IMG/VR virus record: IMGVR_UViG_3300048854_000081
Span: 128,001 to 192,000 of that record
DNA: 64,000 bases
From: a virus
Taxonomy: Duplodnaviria > Caudoviricetes
Strand: one strand, 5' to 3'
Position 1 is the first letter of the stretch. Each line of letters opens with the position of its first letter. A program made the position numbers and the translations under genes. The notes under the pieces were generated by a model that worked only from the letters and a program-made list of their open reading frames with translations, was not told where the DNA came from and ran no database searches. Shown piece after piece: positions 1 to 9,685 of the stretch.

Positions 1-1473
1 ATAGTGATAGTTACCTACAGCATAGGCTAAGCCCTTGTAGGAGCCTGTGTAATCAACGCGCGTCTTCCAGCGTAACTCATCACTACCCTTATCATCAGGG
101 AAGATTTCATCGCGTCTGTGGTGAGCTACGTTCTTGTATCCCCAGTTGAAGTGACAGTCACCAAACACTTCCGTATGCGATAAACGTAAGAAATCCAGAT
201 CATTATCTTCAAGAATATCAATACTCTTCTGGAACAGATTTGGAATGTATCTTACAAAACCATTCTTACATGGTTGACCCTTAAGAATCTTACCAGTTGG
301 ACTCTCACCCCAGTCAGCATCGTTCTCGCCGTCACATACCAAGAGCATATCATCTTCAAAGAAGATCATGTACTTGTGGTTACTTTTGTCAAAATGCTTT
401 GAACAGAATACACGACCATCGTTAATGCCAAGGTTATCACCTTCATGGATGACCTCAAAGCCATATTCCTTAAACAAATCGGAATATTCCTGAGCCAAGT
501 TAGGATCAGTGGAGTTATTGACTACATACTTCTTATTCTTTTCAAATTCTTCCGGGTAAGCTACACGGAAAGATTCTGCCCACATCTTAAACTGACGTGG
601 TAGATTGTAAGTGATTGCATAGAAGGCTAGTGGGAATTCTGGTTCTGCTTCAATCTTGTTCTGCTGAAGGTCTTCAAAGAACTTGTAAACAAGTCCATTA
701 CCTTCAATGTAACGAATATTGTACTTCTTAGGATCACGGTAGGTGGCTAGAGTGAATACCGATTCTTCCGTACCCATGTGACCAGCGTTCAATGTATCAT
801 TTAGAAGGTGGTAATACTGATCATTGAACGAATTGATCGCATCCTTGTTACCACCGAACACTCCACCACGACAAACGTACTTGGTGTCGGTACCAGCATA
901 TGAATTCATGGCTGATTTAGTGAAACCGTGGACTTCTACCTGACCATCATAAGGGAAAGCAAGGAACATCATCTTGTTTAGATGAGGAATGATTTGCTTT
1001 TCAAGTGCTGGGGTAAAGTACTGCTCAAGGTTTACTGTATTGGAAAGACCACCATCTACCCATAGAAAATACTTGGTATCAAAGTAATTGAATAGGGAAG
1101 CATCATTTAACATGAACTGCTTATTCATTACAAGTGGATTGTACAGTTCAAGCTTAGCTTGGGTACTATCGACTAACCAACCAGCCTGATTGTACCAGCT
1201 TGGATTAGTTCTAATTGATTGAATCTTTTCATTGAATGGAAAAGCTCTAAGATCGTCCAATGTCTTTAGGATGACGCGAGTATTTTCGCGACCTCTGATT
1301 TCCCAAACCACACTTTCGTATTGTGGTTCGATGTAGACCACCATAGGAAAGTCTAGTCTAAGCATTCTCTTGAAGCACTCTAGGTAATGATCGAAAGAGC
1401 GCTTCATACCGCCTTCCATTTCACCACGGCCTAGGTTAAACAATCCCGTTACTAAGGTTAAATTTCTTGTCAT
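1..1473 (-). CDS. Two-domain glycosyltransferase, 3'-truncated by the window edge: HtrL/WlaTC-like N-terminal domain plus GT-A (GT2-like) C-terminal domain
   Basis: Not in the ORF track; translated by hand from ATG 1473 (MTRNLTLVTGLFNLGR...YNPLVMNKQFML...YFLWVDGGL...VCRGGVFGG...MGTEESVFT). A second domain has FYAITYN...GDNLGINDGR...YMIFFEDDMLL. The frame stays open to position 1. Confidence 0.75.
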   Translation of the reverse strand, partial: MTRNLTLVTGLFNLGRGEMEGGMKRSFDHYLECFKRMLRLDFPMVVYIEPQYESVVWEIRGRENTRVILKTLDDLRAFPFNEKIQSIRTNPSWYNQAGWLVDSTQAKLELYNPLVMNKQFMLNDASLFNYFDTKYFLWVDGGLSNTVNLEQYFTPALEKQIIPHLNKMMFLAFPYDGQVEVHGFTKSAMNSYAGTDTKYVCRGGVFGGNKDAINSFNDQYYHLLNDTLNAGHMGTEESVFTLATYRDPKKYNIRYIEGNGLVYKFFEDLQQNKIEAEPEFPLAFYAITYNLPRQFKMWAESFRVAYPEEFEKNKKYVVNNSTDPNLAQEYSDLFKEYGFEVIHEGDNLGINDGRVFCSKHFDKSNHKYMIFFEDDMLLVCDGENDADWGESPTGKILKGQPCKNGFVRYIPNLFQKSIDILEDNDLDFLRLSHTEVFGDCHFNWGYKNVAHHRRDEIFPDDKGSDELRWKTRVDYTGSYKGLAYAVGNYHY

Positions 1474-1484
1474 CGTAAAATCCG

Positions 1485-2216
1485 TTAAATTATATTTGTT
1501 GATATTAGTTTGCCACCATGCAATGTTCTAAAGTTATCAGCAAATGGTGTTCTATTATTTACATTAATTATATTGATGTTGCTTTTTTGTATGGCTACTG
1601 CTAATTCAAATGCTTCAATAAAAGGATCGATGTCATTTTCAATAGCATAATCCGATATTGCCTTCCATTCTCTTAAAAAGTGATTGGTTATTTTACCGCG
1701 TGTTAAAACCATAATGGTCTCAACTGCTAGCCTAGCTTCGATAGTTGTGAAATCAATATCATGAGCTTTGGCTTTATCTGGAATGAAACGAGCTAGGCTT
1801 GTATTTTCGCAGACCTTTTCTCTGAAACGACACATTAATGTGTCATCGTGTCCATGAATGAATCGGGATATTCCTTTATCCCAACCAAATACGAATGTAT
1901 CTGCATCAATATAAATTAATGATTCACCAACCACCTGTGACGCCATATACATAGCAATAGATTTTAAATGATAATTAAACTTACCTTCAATGGTTGGTTT
2001 AAATAATTCATACTTATTGATATCTATAATCTTAAGTCTGCTACCAAAATAGTAGACATGCGGATCACAAATAGCTGGTTTGTCTGTAACTATATAAATG
2101 TCTGACGACGTGAACTTCATAACGCTCTGGACAAGCGTCAGACATTTATCGATGTACTCTTCACCTATTGCTAAGGTTACGAATACGATTTTTCTATCGA
2201 CATCATAACCACTCAC
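1485..2216 (-). CDS. GT-A fold nucleotide-sugar transferase-like protein
   Basis: IVFVTLAIGEEY, YIVTD, and a DxD motif in IYIDADTF; overlaps the upstream GT gene by 4 nt. Confidence 0.6.
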   Translation of the reverse strand: MSGYDVDRKIVFVTLAIGEEYIDKCLTLVQSVMKFTSSDIYIVTDKPAICDPHVYYFGSRLKIIDINKYELFKPTIEGKFNYHLKSIAMYMASQVVGESLIYIDADTFVFGWDKGISRFIHGHDDTLMCRFREKVCENTSLARFIPDKAKAHDIDFTTIEARLAVETIMVLTRGKITNHFLREWKAISDYAIENDIDPFIEAFELAVAIQKSNINIINVNNRTPFADNFRTLHGGKLISTNII

Positions 2217-3067
2217 AACAATCCTTCAAAAAATGCGCTGAATGACTTCATGGACGGCTCATAACATGCCCAATCTTCGTGATACCATGTATCAAAATCG
2301 AAAATGTTAAACAATTCAGGATACTGCTGGTAGATTAAGGTAAGAATCATTTCTTCTTGGAGAAGCGTGTTGTTCTCTAGAACATGATTGATGATTTCTT
2401 CCGAAGCCTCAAACATCTTAGAAATTTGTTCATTCGTACCACCGAACAGACCAGCAACCACACTACCCGGTAGGCGAGTGTCATTCATGTACAATTCGGG
2501 ATAATTATGCTGTCTATTGTTACAATAGAAGGTAAACAATCCAGTTTCGGTCAATTCGTTTAGCTTCTGAATAAGCTTACCATTGAAAGCTAAGATATTC
2601 TGAAACGATTTCTCGTAACCTTTGTCTTCCGGCATGAACGGATTGAACTTACTTGGGATGATGCCACCATGAGAAAGGCCCGCATCAATCCAGAATACCT
2701 TATCATTAACATTGGCATCAGATTCGGTCTTCAACCATTCCAGCTTCAACCACATGATTTCCACACAACGGTGTTCCCATACGTTATCATTAGCGTATAG
2801 TTCCTTGTTGATCTGTTTGATTTCATGGATTTTCTTATGATGCTTCATGGTTGGAAGCTCATAAATCTTCAAGGTCACATTCGTGATGGTATTCTGGTCA
2901 AGATATGTTTCAATCTCTTTCTTATCACGGGCAGATGTATAGCATAGAATAGGTGCGCCAAGATTTGCTAGGCATTTGAGAGAATAGAGATAGTGTCTAT
3001 CTCTATTCAATCTACCACCAAAATCTGTACCATGTAATTGATTATAAATTGCAGTTACAAATTTCAT
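2213..3067 (-). CDS. HtrL/WlaTC-family glycosyltransferase-like protein
   Basis: KFVTAIY, IMWLKLEWL, FWIDAGL, VVAGLFGG and EEMILT parallel the motifs of the 1-1473 N-terminal domain. The likely start is ATG 3067, directly after the upstream stop (track starts at 3106). Confidence 0.65.
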   Translation of the reverse strand: MKFVTAIYNQLHGTDFGGRLNRDRHYLYSLKCLANLGAPILCYTSARDKKEIETYLDQNTITNVTLKIYELPTMKHHKKIHEIKQINKELYANDNVWEHRCVEIMWLKLEWLKTESDANVNDKVFWIDAGLSHGGIIPSKFNPFMPEDKGYEKSFQNILAFNGKLIQKLNELTETGLFTFYCNNRQHNYPELYMNDTRLPGSVVAGLFGGTNEQISKMFEASEEIINHVLENNTLLQEEMILTLIYQQYPELFNIFDFDTWYHEDWACYEPSMKSFSAFFEGLL

Positions 3068-3068
3068 C

Positions 3069-5399
3069 TTAGGCATCCAACATCTTGTATCTGCTGCTGT
3101 TCTCAATCGATGAAATCAATAGATAATCATGATCCTTACCAATCTTTCCGGTATCCATGTACCACAATAGGATGCCTTCGTAATTGTTAGAGAACCATTC
3201 TAGGTTTTCTAGGTTACCACAGAAGAGTGCAGCCGTTGGGTAATGATTGATTTCAGCCTTGAAACGATCCTTGACGTAAGCCGCATCGAATATGCTTTCA
3301 ATATTCTTCTTAGAAGAAATGATGACATGCTCATCAGTCTTAGCGAACTGAGACAGAAGATCGACATCACGAGAGATATTGTAGGCATATTCACGTTCCT
3401 GTAACTCATCCAAGTTAACAAATAGGTGATATTTGCTGTTGTAAACATTGGCGTGAATCACTTCCTTACACCACAATAGCTTGATGTACTTAGCAAATTC
3501 AACCGTAGAATGCGTATGGAAGGTGAAACGTGCCGTTAGGCGAGAATCATAATAATGCTGTCTTGGTGTAATTGGGAAATACTTCAACGAGTCACTAGTT
3601 GGTAGAACAGCAGAGTATTTTTCCAAATTATACTGAGGAATCATAACAACAAGATTTCTACCATCACGGATCAAACCCTGAATCTTAGAAATATCACCAT
3701 CGATATCAGACTGATTATCCTTAAATGACAATACGTAGATCGATGTATCGTCAGATAGGGCAACCTTTTCCTGCTCTTCCTTCTGCTTTGTAAACTTATT
3801 GTTCGAAGCCTTGGAGATAATCTTACCTTCAAAGTAGACAGCATCAAGTTCGGTGTCTCTTAGAATCTTGAATGCATCTGAAAGACGGGTAAGAATAGGC
3901 TTACCGTCAACGTTAAACGACGTATTCAATAGAACACCATGACCGGTCAACTTCTCAGTCTCACCGATTAGATCATAAATTAACTGATTCTGGCTACGGG
4001 TAATGGTCTGTAGACGTGCAGTATTGTCTTCATGAGTAATAGCAGGAATCTTATCACGCCATTCTTCACGAACATTAGCCACGAACACCATGTGGCGGGA
4101 TTCAACGCCTTCATCGAATTCAAAATACTTAGGACAGTCTTCAAGACGAACCATAGGCGCGAATGGACGATACCACTCTCTATGCTTAACCTTATTGTTA
4201 AGAACATCCTTCATATCACCGACCGGGTTACAGATAATACTTCTGTTACCCAATGCACGGGAACCATGCTCAGAATTACCCTGAATCATACCGACAATGT
4301 TACCATCGGCGATAAATCGAGCCAAATCTTCTAACTGAACGTTTTCGTGAACAACTAGATCGTATTCCTGTACGTATGTACCGAATTGATTCTTATCTAG
4401 GATAGGAGCACCAGAATAGGTCAAATCAACCTGATTATCTGGCTTCAAATACCACATAAGACCACCGGAAGCAATACCACAGTCATTTACGTTAGGTGGA
4501 ACGAAAACCTTGTTATTTCTAAGCTTTAGAAGCTTGGAGTTCAACAATACGTTAAGCGCACAACCACCGGCCATTGAGACTGGCATATCTGGATACTTGT
4601 CTAGATATTTCTGTGCATACTTAAAGAACTGGTTTTCAAATGACTTCTGTGAAGTTGCTGCAATGTCCCAAGCAAGCTGACCTTCATAACGACTGGTTTC
4701 GAAGTTGAAATCATCACAACCAATACCCTTAAACAAAGCTGTTAGGGCATCATAGCGAGCTTCAGCACCACCAATGTAAGAATTACCAATGTAATTGAAC
4801 TTGGAATAGAATTCATCAAAATGAGGAACCCATTCGTCGCGAACAGTGCCGTATGAGCATAGACCCATGATTTTACCAGCATACACTAGATTACCAATAC
4901 TCAAAGCTTCCTTCTTGATATCCTTGATATAATCACAGATGATCATGTATGGGAAACCTAAGTCTTGGTTAAACTTATCGACTAGAGTAATACCAGTCTG
5001 TCTATTTGCTAGATACACATTGAAATAGCCACCATCGCCGCCACCATCAAAGGTGAAAACGAGAGATTCTTTATATGGGGACTGATAGAATGCGGTTGCT
5101 GCATGAGCGGTATGATGATCATAACCTAGAGCTTCCTTAGTATGGAATTTAGGCTTGATATTTTGTACGTAATCGGTTAGATATACGTCAACATCACTCC
5201 TGTCCGTGGTGGACAGGAGGTAGTCTGTAATTTCATCAAAGACAATCTGAGGATGCTTGCACGGCATGTAGGTGGTCAGACCTATGTTCTTAGAATTCAA
5301 CCACCTTTCGACTTCAATTACCCTATATTCACCCTTGTAATACATTGCTATTGCAGCATTGTGCGATCCATATGCCGATAGGATTAATTTGTCTTTCAT
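3069..5399 (-). CDS. O-carbamoyltransferase (NodU/CmcH/TobZ family) fused to a C-terminal HtrL-like domain
   Basis: HHTAHAATAFYQSP, DGGGD, GKIMGL, GGCALN, EHGSRALGNRSI, KHREWYRPFAP and LLNTSFN are diagnostic; there is an extra ~230-aa C-terminal domain. Confidence 0.9.
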   Translation of the reverse strand: MKDKLILSAYGSHNAAIAMYYKGEYRVIEVERWLNSKNIGLTTYMPCKHPQIVFDEITDYLLSTTDRSDVDVYLTDYVQNIKPKFHTKEALGYDHHTAHAATAFYQSPYKESLVFTFDGGGDGGYFNVYLANRQTGITLVDKFNQDLGFPYMIICDYIKDIKKEALSIGNLVYAGKIMGLCSYGTVRDEWVPHFDEFYSKFNYIGNSYIGGAEARYDALTALFKGIGCDDFNFETSRYEGQLAWDIAATSQKSFENQFFKYAQKYLDKYPDMPVSMAGGCALNVLLNSKLLKLRNNKVFVPPNVNDCGIASGGLMWYLKPDNQVDLTYSGAPILDKNQFGTYVQEYDLVVHENVQLEDLARFIADGNIVGMIQGNSEHGSRALGNRSIICNPVGDMKDVLNNKVKHREWYRPFAPMVRLEDCPKYFEFDEGVESRHMVFVANVREEWRDKIPAITHEDNTARLQTITRSQNQLIYDLIGETEKLTGHGVLLNTSFNVDGKPILTRLSDAFKILRDTELDAVYFEGKIISKASNNKFTKQKEEQEKVALSDDTSIYVLSFKDNQSDIDGDISKIQGLIRDGRNLVVMIPQYNLEKYSAVLPTSDSLKYFPITPRQHYYDSRLTARFTFHTHSTVEFAKYIKLLWCKEVIHANVYNSKYHLFVNLDELQEREYAYNISRDVDLLSQFAKTDEHVIISSKKNIESIFDAAYVKDRFKAEINHYPTAALFCGNLENLEWFSNNYEGILLWYMDTGKIGKDHDYLLISSIENSSRYKMLDA

Positions 5400-5424
5400 G
5401 TTTTCTCTTTATTATTTGCTAGTC

Positions 5425-5432
5425 TATTTATT
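5425..5432 (-). promoter_or_regulatory. Putative late (gp55-type) promoter AATAAATA upstream of the carbamoyltransferase
   Basis: The same NATAAATA octamer precedes many structural genes in this window; it lies 25 nt before the ATG. Confidence 0.55.
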
Positions 5433-5436
5433 AAAA

Positions 5437-6849
5437 TCAACTGTCTGCTAGACGGTCGATTCTAACCAACCAATCGTTCGAAGTGGTGTGCGGCCAAATC
5501 GTATAGGTCTTAGCGATGCGTGATGGATCACACATAAAGATGAAGCGATAGTCAACCCAATCACCCTTTAGATAAGCGGCAATTTCGTTAGCATCAAGGT
5601 CTTTTCTGAAGATTTCTTCGCCGTTCTCATCATGCGTACCAACGTACCAGAAATCGAAGTCAGTACCCGGATAAGTCTCTTCAACCTTAGTTTCAGGATT
5701 GACCCACTTAACGTCGTTCTTGTGAATGCATACGCGGATGTCATTCGAACGAGCAATGGTGGACTTCCATTCTTCTTCAGAATCGAAGGTCTGATATTCT
5801 AGGGTTGGTTCAACACGATCAAGAACCTTCTGCTGAACGCCACGGTACTTGAAGCTCATACCGGCATATTCTTCAAACTGCTTGACAGTACGGACAGTAC
5901 CGAAACCATACTTACCAAAATCGATCTGAGACTGGTCTTCACCGTCCATGCCGAATAGGATACGATTTCTCTTATGGCACTTGACGTTCTTTTCCCACCA
6001 ATCTTCAGTAATCTTACCCTTCTGCTTCTGCTGGGTGGTGTGGTCATCCCAAACCTTGACGCGACCCTTACGAGTATATTCGTGCCAAGCAACAGTTTTA
6101 TGTGGGTGATACAGATCGTAGCCGTGGGTGAAGGCACGAACACCGATAGAGATTTCTTCACCATGGAAGAAATATTCTGGATCATGCTGTACTTCTTCGG
6201 CAAAAGAGCCGTCAGCGAATGCAAAGTGAGCACTGTAGAAGCGCGAGAGCATTGGCTTGGTACGTTCCTTGTAATCATCAATCGTGGAAGGGCGGAAGAA
6301 CACTGCGCCTTCTGGAATGAAGCGATCAAAGTCCATTTTCCATGGTTCCTGAACACGACCGGCTGGATCGTTTTCTGGATCAAAAGAAGATATGTAAGCC
6401 GTCAATAGAGGCTTCGGACTTACATCCCTTACAGATTCTAACATTTCGATTAGTACCGTATCCCACCCCGGTATAAATCTATGATGCGAATCGAGTTGTA
6501 GGGTATATTTTTCCTTACCATAATGCTGCTGAATCTTGTTACGTGCCCAGCAAGCACCATGTGTCTTCAAATAATGAAGATCGATGAGTTCTACGGTTGC
6601 TCCATTCAACGTTAGCGTGTGGACAGTATCGCCCAACTTTTCGCCAGTAGAAACTACATCAAAAGACTTGTCGAGGAAATCCTCAACGGTTTCGTCTGCG
6701 GCATGCTGCCAACAGATAGTTACTCTTAGTAACTCTGGATGTTCTGCGTGTTCAATCATGTCAACTAGGGTTGGGATTAGTTGATGATCACGATAGCTCG
6801 CAATCTGTACGAATATCGTATTCTTGCTTTTGGTCTTAGTCTTAGCCAT
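5437..6849 (-). CDS. GT60-type glycosyltransferase (UDP-GlcNAc:polypeptide/hydroxyproline alpha-GlcNAc transferase-like)
   Basis: TIFVQIASYRD, GACWAR, YTLQLDSHHRF (DxH), FHGEE and RAFTHGYDLYHP match the Gnt1/OGNT (GT60) pattern. Confidence 0.8.
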   Translation of the reverse strand: MAKTKTKSKNTIFVQIASYRDHQLIPTLVDMIEHAEHPELLRVTICWQHAADETVEDFLDKSFDVVSTGEKLGDTVHTLTLNGATVELIDLHYLKTHGACWARNKIQQHYGKEKYTLQLDSHHRFIPGWDTVLIEMLESVRDVSPKPLLTAYISSFDPENDPAGRVQEPWKMDFDRFIPEGAVFFRPSTIDDYKERTKPMLSRFYSAHFAFADGSFAEEVQHDPEYFFHGEEISIGVRAFTHGYDLYHPHKTVAWHEYTRKGRVKVWDDHTTQQKQKGKITEDWWEKNVKCHKRNRILFGMDGEDQSQIDFGKYGFGTVRTVKQFEEYAGMSFKYRGVQQKVLDRVEPTLEYQTFDSEEEWKSTIARSNDIRVCIHKNDVKWVNPETKVEETYPGTDFDFWYVGTHDENGEEIFRKDLDANEIAAYLKGDWVDYRFIFMCDPSRIAKTYTIWPHTTSNDWLVRIDRLADS

Positions 6850-6876
6850 TTTAATCCTCTATCTTAAATGGTATTT

Positions 6877-6914
6877 CATAAAAGTGAATGTCGGGTGGGA
6901 TTCCCGACATTCAC
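6877..6914 (-). terminator. Putative intrinsic terminator
   Basis: Perfect 12-bp stem GTGAATGTCGGG/CCCGACATTCAC (6884-6914), followed on the minus strand by a short T run. Confidence 0.6.
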
Positions 6915-6941
6915 AGTTTGCGTTCTATTTAGGGCTGAAAA

Positions 6942-7382
6942 TTAACCCTTGTTTGCCTTAGGTGGGCGACCAGCCTTACGTGGAGCCTGAGCAGATTCGA
7001 CGACTGGTGCGTCAAACTGGGTCTGCGGGGCTTGTGGGTTAAGACGTGGAGCCTGAATAGCACCAGCGCGATGTAGGCTTGGTGCCATGATTTCGCCAGA
7101 GCGAGTTCTAACCTTAACAAACTGGTGGAAGTACTCTAGAGCGTTTACGCCGTTGGCGAGGGTCACCTGTGAGAATAAGTCCCAAGCTTCGTAACGAGCG
7201 GCATCACGCTTGGAAAGAATCTTCGCAGCGCGGTTACGGTCGATATCGTCAAGGTAATCAGTACGGATGAAATATACGTCACCGTTTTGCTTGTTGTGAC
7301 GCATAACGATGACTTCATAGGCGACGCCATTATTGAATAGGTCGATGGTAGAAACGTGTGGTAGCATAATGACTATCTCCAT
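6942..7382 (-). CDS. Hypothetical protein with a C-terminal AT-hook-like motif
   Basis: The ORF ends RKAGRPPKANKG; CATAAATA lies upstream (7402-7409). The true start may be 7367, which has GGAG upstream. Confidence 0.6.
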   Translation of the reverse strand: MEIVIMLPHVSTIDLFNNGVAYEVIVMRHNKQNGDVYFIRTDYLDDIDRNRAAKILSKRDAARYEAWDLFSQVTLANGVNALEYFHQFVKVRTRSGEIMAPSLHRAGAIQAPRLNPQAPQTQFDAPVVESAQAPRKAGRPPKANKG

Positions 7383-7432
7383 AAAATATTTTAGTCAAAA
7401 TTATTTATGGGTCAAAAAAATGTGTGTCGCGC

Positions 7433-8326
7433 TCAGAGTTCGACTTGATCCATGAATGTGTCGAAGTAGAAATACACTTCATTAATATTAGGAATCAAAT
7501 AGACACCATCGTAATATTTCTTGTACATCATGGAAACGTAGCCACCCCAATCGAAGCGCTCTTCCAACAGATAGACTTTATGTACTTCCATTTCCAACCC
7601 GACCAACTGAATCTTGATATCAGATTCAAATCCCTGTAAGACTGAGAATGCGTAAGCATTTCTTGGAAAGGAAGAAGAGGTCGCGATGACCAAAACGGAT
7701 ACACGCTTCTTAAGAGAAATCATCTGGTCAGCTAGGGATGCTCCTAGCCAGTCTCGCCAACCTATCCAATGCCCACCACGCTTTGGTTTAGCTGTTCTAA
7801 TACTTCTACCGTAAGATATGTTAGGCCACATAGGGATGTCCTTGGGTATCTTTCCGGCACGATAGGCTTCTAACCATTCATCCTTAGTCTTTAAACGTAA
7901 GGAACGGGCATAGTCGCGAGCTTCATGATAGTCGCGGTAAACAGGACGTAATTCAGGGAATACGTTATAGGAATTGAGGAAATCACCCCAACCCTGCCAT
8001 TCACGCTGGTAACTGCGTTGCGGGTTCTTGGGTATACGCGCGGGGACATTTGCATTCCACCAGCGGTGATAATCACTAAGCGAACTTAAACCTTCGGCAC
8101 GAATGATGTCTCTAGCATCTGCAAAGGGCATACAAAACGCTGGACGGCCGGGTTTACCGGGTATTTTATCCACTTTTTTCTTAGGTGGTCTTCCGGGTTT
8201 ACCTTTTGTTTTCGTCTTACTTTTACGAGCTTTATTGGTCGTAACGACCTTTCTGCCAGTACCATAAACATTCTTAAGACGTTTAACCTTTTTAACAGGC
8301 TTTGGTTCGTTAATTTCTTCGGTCAT
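7433..8326 (-). CDS. Putative DNA-binding protein with a basic AT-hook-like N-terminus and two integrase-repeat-like units
   Basis: KPGRPPKK and KPGRP motifs; two ~55-aa repeats ending WQGWGDFL and WIGWRDWL. The likely start is ATG 8326. Confidence 0.55.
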   Translation of the reverse strand: MTEEINEPKPVKKVKRLKNVYGTGRKVVTTNKARKSKTKTKGKPGRPPKKKVDKIPGKPGRPAFCMPFADARDIIRAEGLSSLSDYHRWWNANVPARIPKNPQRSYQREWQGWGDFLNSYNVFPELRPVYRDYHEARDYARSLRLKTKDEWLEAYRAGKIPKDIPMWPNISYGRSIRTAKPKRGGHWIGWRDWLGASLADQMISLKKRVSVLVIATSSSFPRNAYAFSVLQGFESDIKIQLVGLEMEVHKVYLLEERFDWGGYVSMMYKKYYDGVYLIPNINEVYFYFDTFMDQVEL

Positions 8327-8367
8327 TTGTGTATAAAAAATAAATACTCGTATAATATTATAAGAAC

Positions 8368-8751
8368 ATGAGCAGCCCATCAAAATTCCAACAATGGTCT
8401 AATGCCATCGCAGAAAGTGTTGATACGTGGAGAATCATACCCCGTATGATGCTTTTGGCTTACGGTGCATTGGTTATTAACCTGTACACATGGTACAAGT
8501 CAATTCCTACATTTATGCAGCAAAAATGTGATGCTGCCGTTCTTAAAATATTTATGGACGGTGGCCTTGGCGTGCAACAGGCTAAAGCTCTCGCTTGTAC
8601 CGTAGTTGACGTGGTAGGTGGTCCAACATCCAATCAATCCCTTTTCGTGACAACCATCATCGGTCTTTCGACCGGTATCTTTGGTTTATATACGGCCACG
8701 GGAAAGAAGTGGGATAATATTATCCCACCTCCGTCAAATCCTCAAACCTAA
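8368..8751 (+). CDS. Small two-TM membrane protein (holin-like candidate)
   Basis: Hydrophobic segments WRIIPRMMLLAYGALVINLYTWY and LFVTTIIGLSTGIFGLY; AATAAATA at 8339-8346. Confidence 0.45.
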   Translation: MSSPSKFQQWSNAIAESVDTWRIIPRMMLLAYGALVINLYTWYKSIPTFMQQKCDAAVLKIFMDGGLGVQQAKALACTVVDVVGGPTSNQSLFVTTIIGLSTGIFGLYTATGKKWDNIIPPPSNPQT

Positions 8752-9685
8752 AAGAATTAGTGTTGAGCATTTTAGCGTAACGCTTGGATTCATCAATGAT
8801 TCGATCAAGGTCATGATGCCTACAGAACTTCATAAACTTGATTACGTTAAATTTACCACGATTGTTCATGGCTTTAACGATAGTTTTTTCCATTCTTGCA
8901 CGAATTTCCACCGGCTGCTGGCGCAAATCCATCAGTAACTCATTTTCCTCAAACAATTCCTTGGTTTTATAAGAATGCTTACGAAGATTGCCATCCGCAT
9001 CAAATTCCTCTACCTCAAATTCATGTTCCATGAGGTTAGTTTTAAGGTATTCGTCTTTATAAGCCGCGTCAATCTTTGTCTTTCTTAATTTTGGATAACT
9101 GGATATTACGTTATCGCTTGTATCCCCTCGGATGCACTTCTCAAACATAAAGTGCTTGTGATCGAAATCCCACTCTAGAAGAGTTCTCTTCTTTTCCTTA
9201 TCTGGTTCGATAAGAGTAACGTTTGGATTGTCCAACAACTGCATGAAGTCTTTGTCGGTACTGATGATAATATGCTTATCATCAGGGTACTTATCCACGA
9301 AACCAGCGATCAAATCGTCACATTCCAGCAGATTACCTTTCAATACTATCAAAGTAGTATTTTCTTTTAGGAATTCATGGAAATCCTGAATATGAGCATC
9401 GAACACTTTCAGTTGGTCGATTTCCTTTTGAGAAAGATTCTGTCTACGCTTACCTTTGTATGGCTTATGGGTGATACCTGCATACTTGACGTATTCCTTT
9501 CTCCACGAATGAGAGTCGAATGACGCCACAATCTCATCAGGCTTGTACTTATTGTTTAGATACTGCATAGACACCAAAGCAGAATGATGACACATACTCA
9601 TTAATATGTCCTCATTATGCTTAACGTTCGCATAGAATGCCCGATATAACATGTTAGACATGTCTATGTGCATGTATGTTCTCAT
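8720..9685 (-). CDS. rnh: T4-type RNase H / 5'-3' exonuclease
   Basis: IDMSN, SFD...WRK...YKGKR, ECDDLI, ISTDKDFMQL, GDTSDNV. Confidence 0.88.
   Translation of the reverse strand: MRTYMHIDMSNMLYRAFYANVKHNEDILMSMCHHSALVSMQYLNNKYKPDEIVASFDSHSWRKEYVKYAGITHKPYKGKRRQNLSQKEIDQLKVFDAHIQDFHEFLKENTTLIVLKGNLLECDDLIAGFVDKYPDDKHIIISTDKDFMQLLDNPNVTLIEPDKEKKRTLLEWDFDHKHFMFEKCIRGDTSDNVISSYPKLRKTKIDAAYKDEYLKTNLMEHEFEVEEFDADGNLRKHSYKTKELFEENELLMDLRQQPVEIRARMEKTIVKAMNNRGKFNVIKFMKFCRHHDLDRIIDESKRYAKMLNTNSFRFEDLTEVG

Noticed and set aside
7433-8326. Integrase
   Set aside because: Only repeat units are present; no tyrosine or serine recombinase catalytic domain is seen.
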